DNA of 26,344 nucleotides from an uncultured bacterium (GTDB lineage Bacteria; Chlamydiota; Chlamydiia; Chlamydiales; SM23-39): NCBI GenBank assembly GCA_964499895.1, contig CAZCPS010000001.1, positions 1 to 26,344 of the forward strand, read 5' to 3'. Shown piece by piece: positions 25,801 to 26,344 of this stretch (position 1 is its first letter; each line of letters starts with the position of its first letter). The notes under the pieces were generated by a model. It saw only the letters and a program-made list of their open reading frames with translations, ran no database searches and was not told where the DNA came from. The position numbers and the translations under genes were made by a program.

Positions 25801-26344
25801 AGAGGCTCCGGTAGTATAAATGACGGAGCCATACTCAAGCCGCAGAGCCGCATCGGTGCTGTTGGTGCAAGTAGCGGTAATATTGATGGCGCCGTCGGTG
25901 GCGGTAATGTTAGCAGAGGCCAAGCCGGCCGTGCCCATCCGTAAAGCGCTATAGGCGCCGGCGCCGGTGGAAGTCGCCACAATGGTCAGAGCGCCGCCGG
26001 TCGTACGGATATAAGCGCCGCTGCTGATCATGCTGATGGTGTCGGCGTTATTACTGGAAACAGGCGTTGCGATTGATCCGATATTGATAATGCCGGCCGT
26101 CGAATTAATGTGGGCTCCCGCTCCCAATTTTATGGCGCTGCCGGTATCGACAGCCGCCGCCGCAATGGTAATAGTACCGGCGGCAGTAGTAATAAAGGAG
26201 GAGGCATTGAGATAGAGGCTGTGAGCCGCGGCTTTGGAAGATGTTGAAACGGTCACCGCCGCGGAGCCGGTGCCTGTAGCATAGCAGCTGCTGCCGGTTA
26301 AGAAAATACCGCCGCCGGCAGTATAGGCCGAAGTGTCATTGGCC
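22822..26344 (-). CDS. Large filamentous-haemagglutinin-like beta-helical exoprotein (probable TpsA), 5' end outside the window
   Basis: The track's start at 26256 is an internal GTG. The frame stays open to the window edge (ANDTSAYTAGGGIFLTGSSCYATGTGSAA-VTVST), so the protein exceeds 1170 aa. G/T/S/A-rich beta-coil repeats and TWTLTANNAG...NLLGGSGNDTF. The TPS domain would lie outside the window, so TpsA status is inferred from the linked TpsB. Confidence 0.8.
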   Translation of the reverse strand, partial: ANDTSAYTAGGGIFLTGSSCYATGTGSAAVTVSTSSKAAAHSLYLNASSFITTAAGTITIAAAAVDTGSAIKLGAGAHINSTAGIINIGSIATPVSSNNADTISMISSGAYIRTTGGALTIVATSTGAGAYSALRMGTAGLASANITATDGAINITATCTNSTDAALRLEYGSVIYTTGASSGSVTLKCFSSGATDIDLEGASYIKTSISPLLLECRSAGLIFNSTGNPANLSQFYTGSGTLTIKSNAFAVANGYITGTGALSIQPYTASDSFSLPTAALGLFNTGFSSFTIGLLAGTGQVTVGAKDFSGYSCDIILQGGSVVINGNLTMGARGLTVYGNYNKTVASDIVGITVNNNISTTTGAIVLNGKGGNSASDYGVFVTGIAQITSSGSGAITITGIGGPSNTCHGVRIDTAGVLVRATGTGNISITGTGGSGGAGSHGILVSEGGIVETTGEATITMNGTGGGTATGSGGVMVSAGGIIRSTASAPIIVTGTGASGTGACFGINMTGATSTCATNTGKLTLSGTGAGTGIGSYGVDLAGVVQATGAGIIEITGTGAVGTNDNYGLKSAVDITSAGGGITLTGLGKGTGQGGYGVFLDGCKAQTTGTGVITIIGTGSASGTSDCYGVRFSGALGGAQTANGRISITGTGGGSTTGGYGVYIDTGAIVRATGSGAITLTGSGGSGTDNNYGIGLSGLAAHIISASGRVTTNGVGGGSGSGCHGIYADGAAYIESTGGGTLYFDSRAGWVGTGFDIYFAAGTHIGNAASASPIIFNENTVEILGTLQGTGSLTFIPRSNTDMSLGTNATSAVFKFDDAKMAAIATGFASVTFGSSSNNGTIYLNYPNSFNLPLYFYSNNFILEGTLTAGTNPVQINVAQQGVGTCSLGYYVGSGGLTVNGGPNNSAIYVGLKSQEVTVDGQGGSNTMQGADVDKTWTLTANNAGTVSNAVFANMQNLLGGSGNDTFNLLEYSVSGTINGGGGATNLLSYVGDNQVVYVDTATGKASQTGGIANIQGIAGGDGNKQIDLAVVTATVSIGTVFSSVTGGGGMGSFSSFSSSQPIGSTSSTFSATTSSSTEKFGEMQVVVSDARLLNTLSKNIKIRVEKTVAPRAAPIKKVEIKKQIMPEMLKERIETKEFIWKETEVTPQGRREEIREEIFIQEEYEYKKEEK
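24130..25265 (-). repeat. Twelve ~31-aa Gly/Thr-rich coding repeats (beta-helix rungs)
   Basis: Consensus G-x-I-T-[IL]-T-G-T-G-G-x(4-6)-[YH]-G-[VI]-x-[ILV], from TTGAIVLNGKGG through ASGRVTTNGVGGGSGSGCHGIY. Boundaries approximate. Confidence 0.85.

Noticed and set aside
26254-26256. GTG start of the 1144-aa ORF given in the track
   Set aside because: The frame is open upstream to the window edge with the same composition, and no signal peptide follows the GTG.
22822-26344. CdiA contact-dependent inhibition toxin or RTX protein
   Set aside because: No VENN/pre-toxin motif, toxin domain or immunity ORF. Only one GGSGNDTF nonapeptide-like motif, and the linked transporter is TpsB rather than a type I system.

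Overview
The window comes from a Chlamydiae-like bacterium, judged from the V-ATPase order E-DUF2764-A-B-D-I and the tsaB-rpsU-dnaJ cluster, whose proteins resemble chlamydial orthologues. Left (1-6066, minus): V/A-type ATP synthase operon, atpI cut by the window edge. Middle (plus): tsaB, rpsU and dnaJ. dnaJ has a CIRCE/HrcA operator overlapping its promoter. Then come a 2290-aa protein built almost wholly from about 21 copies of an unrecognised ~100-130-aa helical repeat, a 104-aa acidic helical protein and a 7TM-HD (PgpH-like) phosphohydrolase. Right (minus, 5' end outside the window): a translationally coupled trio of a haemagglutinin-like beta-helical exoprotein (>1170 aa), a trypsin-fold serine-protease autotransporter and a TpsB/FhaC-type transporter. 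The intergenic DNA holds a 327-bp near-palindromic MITE-like element with 14-bp TIRs and a TTGA direct repeat, plus a second 81-bp hairpin element. The best novelty candidates are the giant repeat protein with hypervariable loops and the coupled type Vb/Va protease secretion locus. No CRISPR array, rRNA, tRNA or transposase gene was seen. All calls are by eye; no database search was run.
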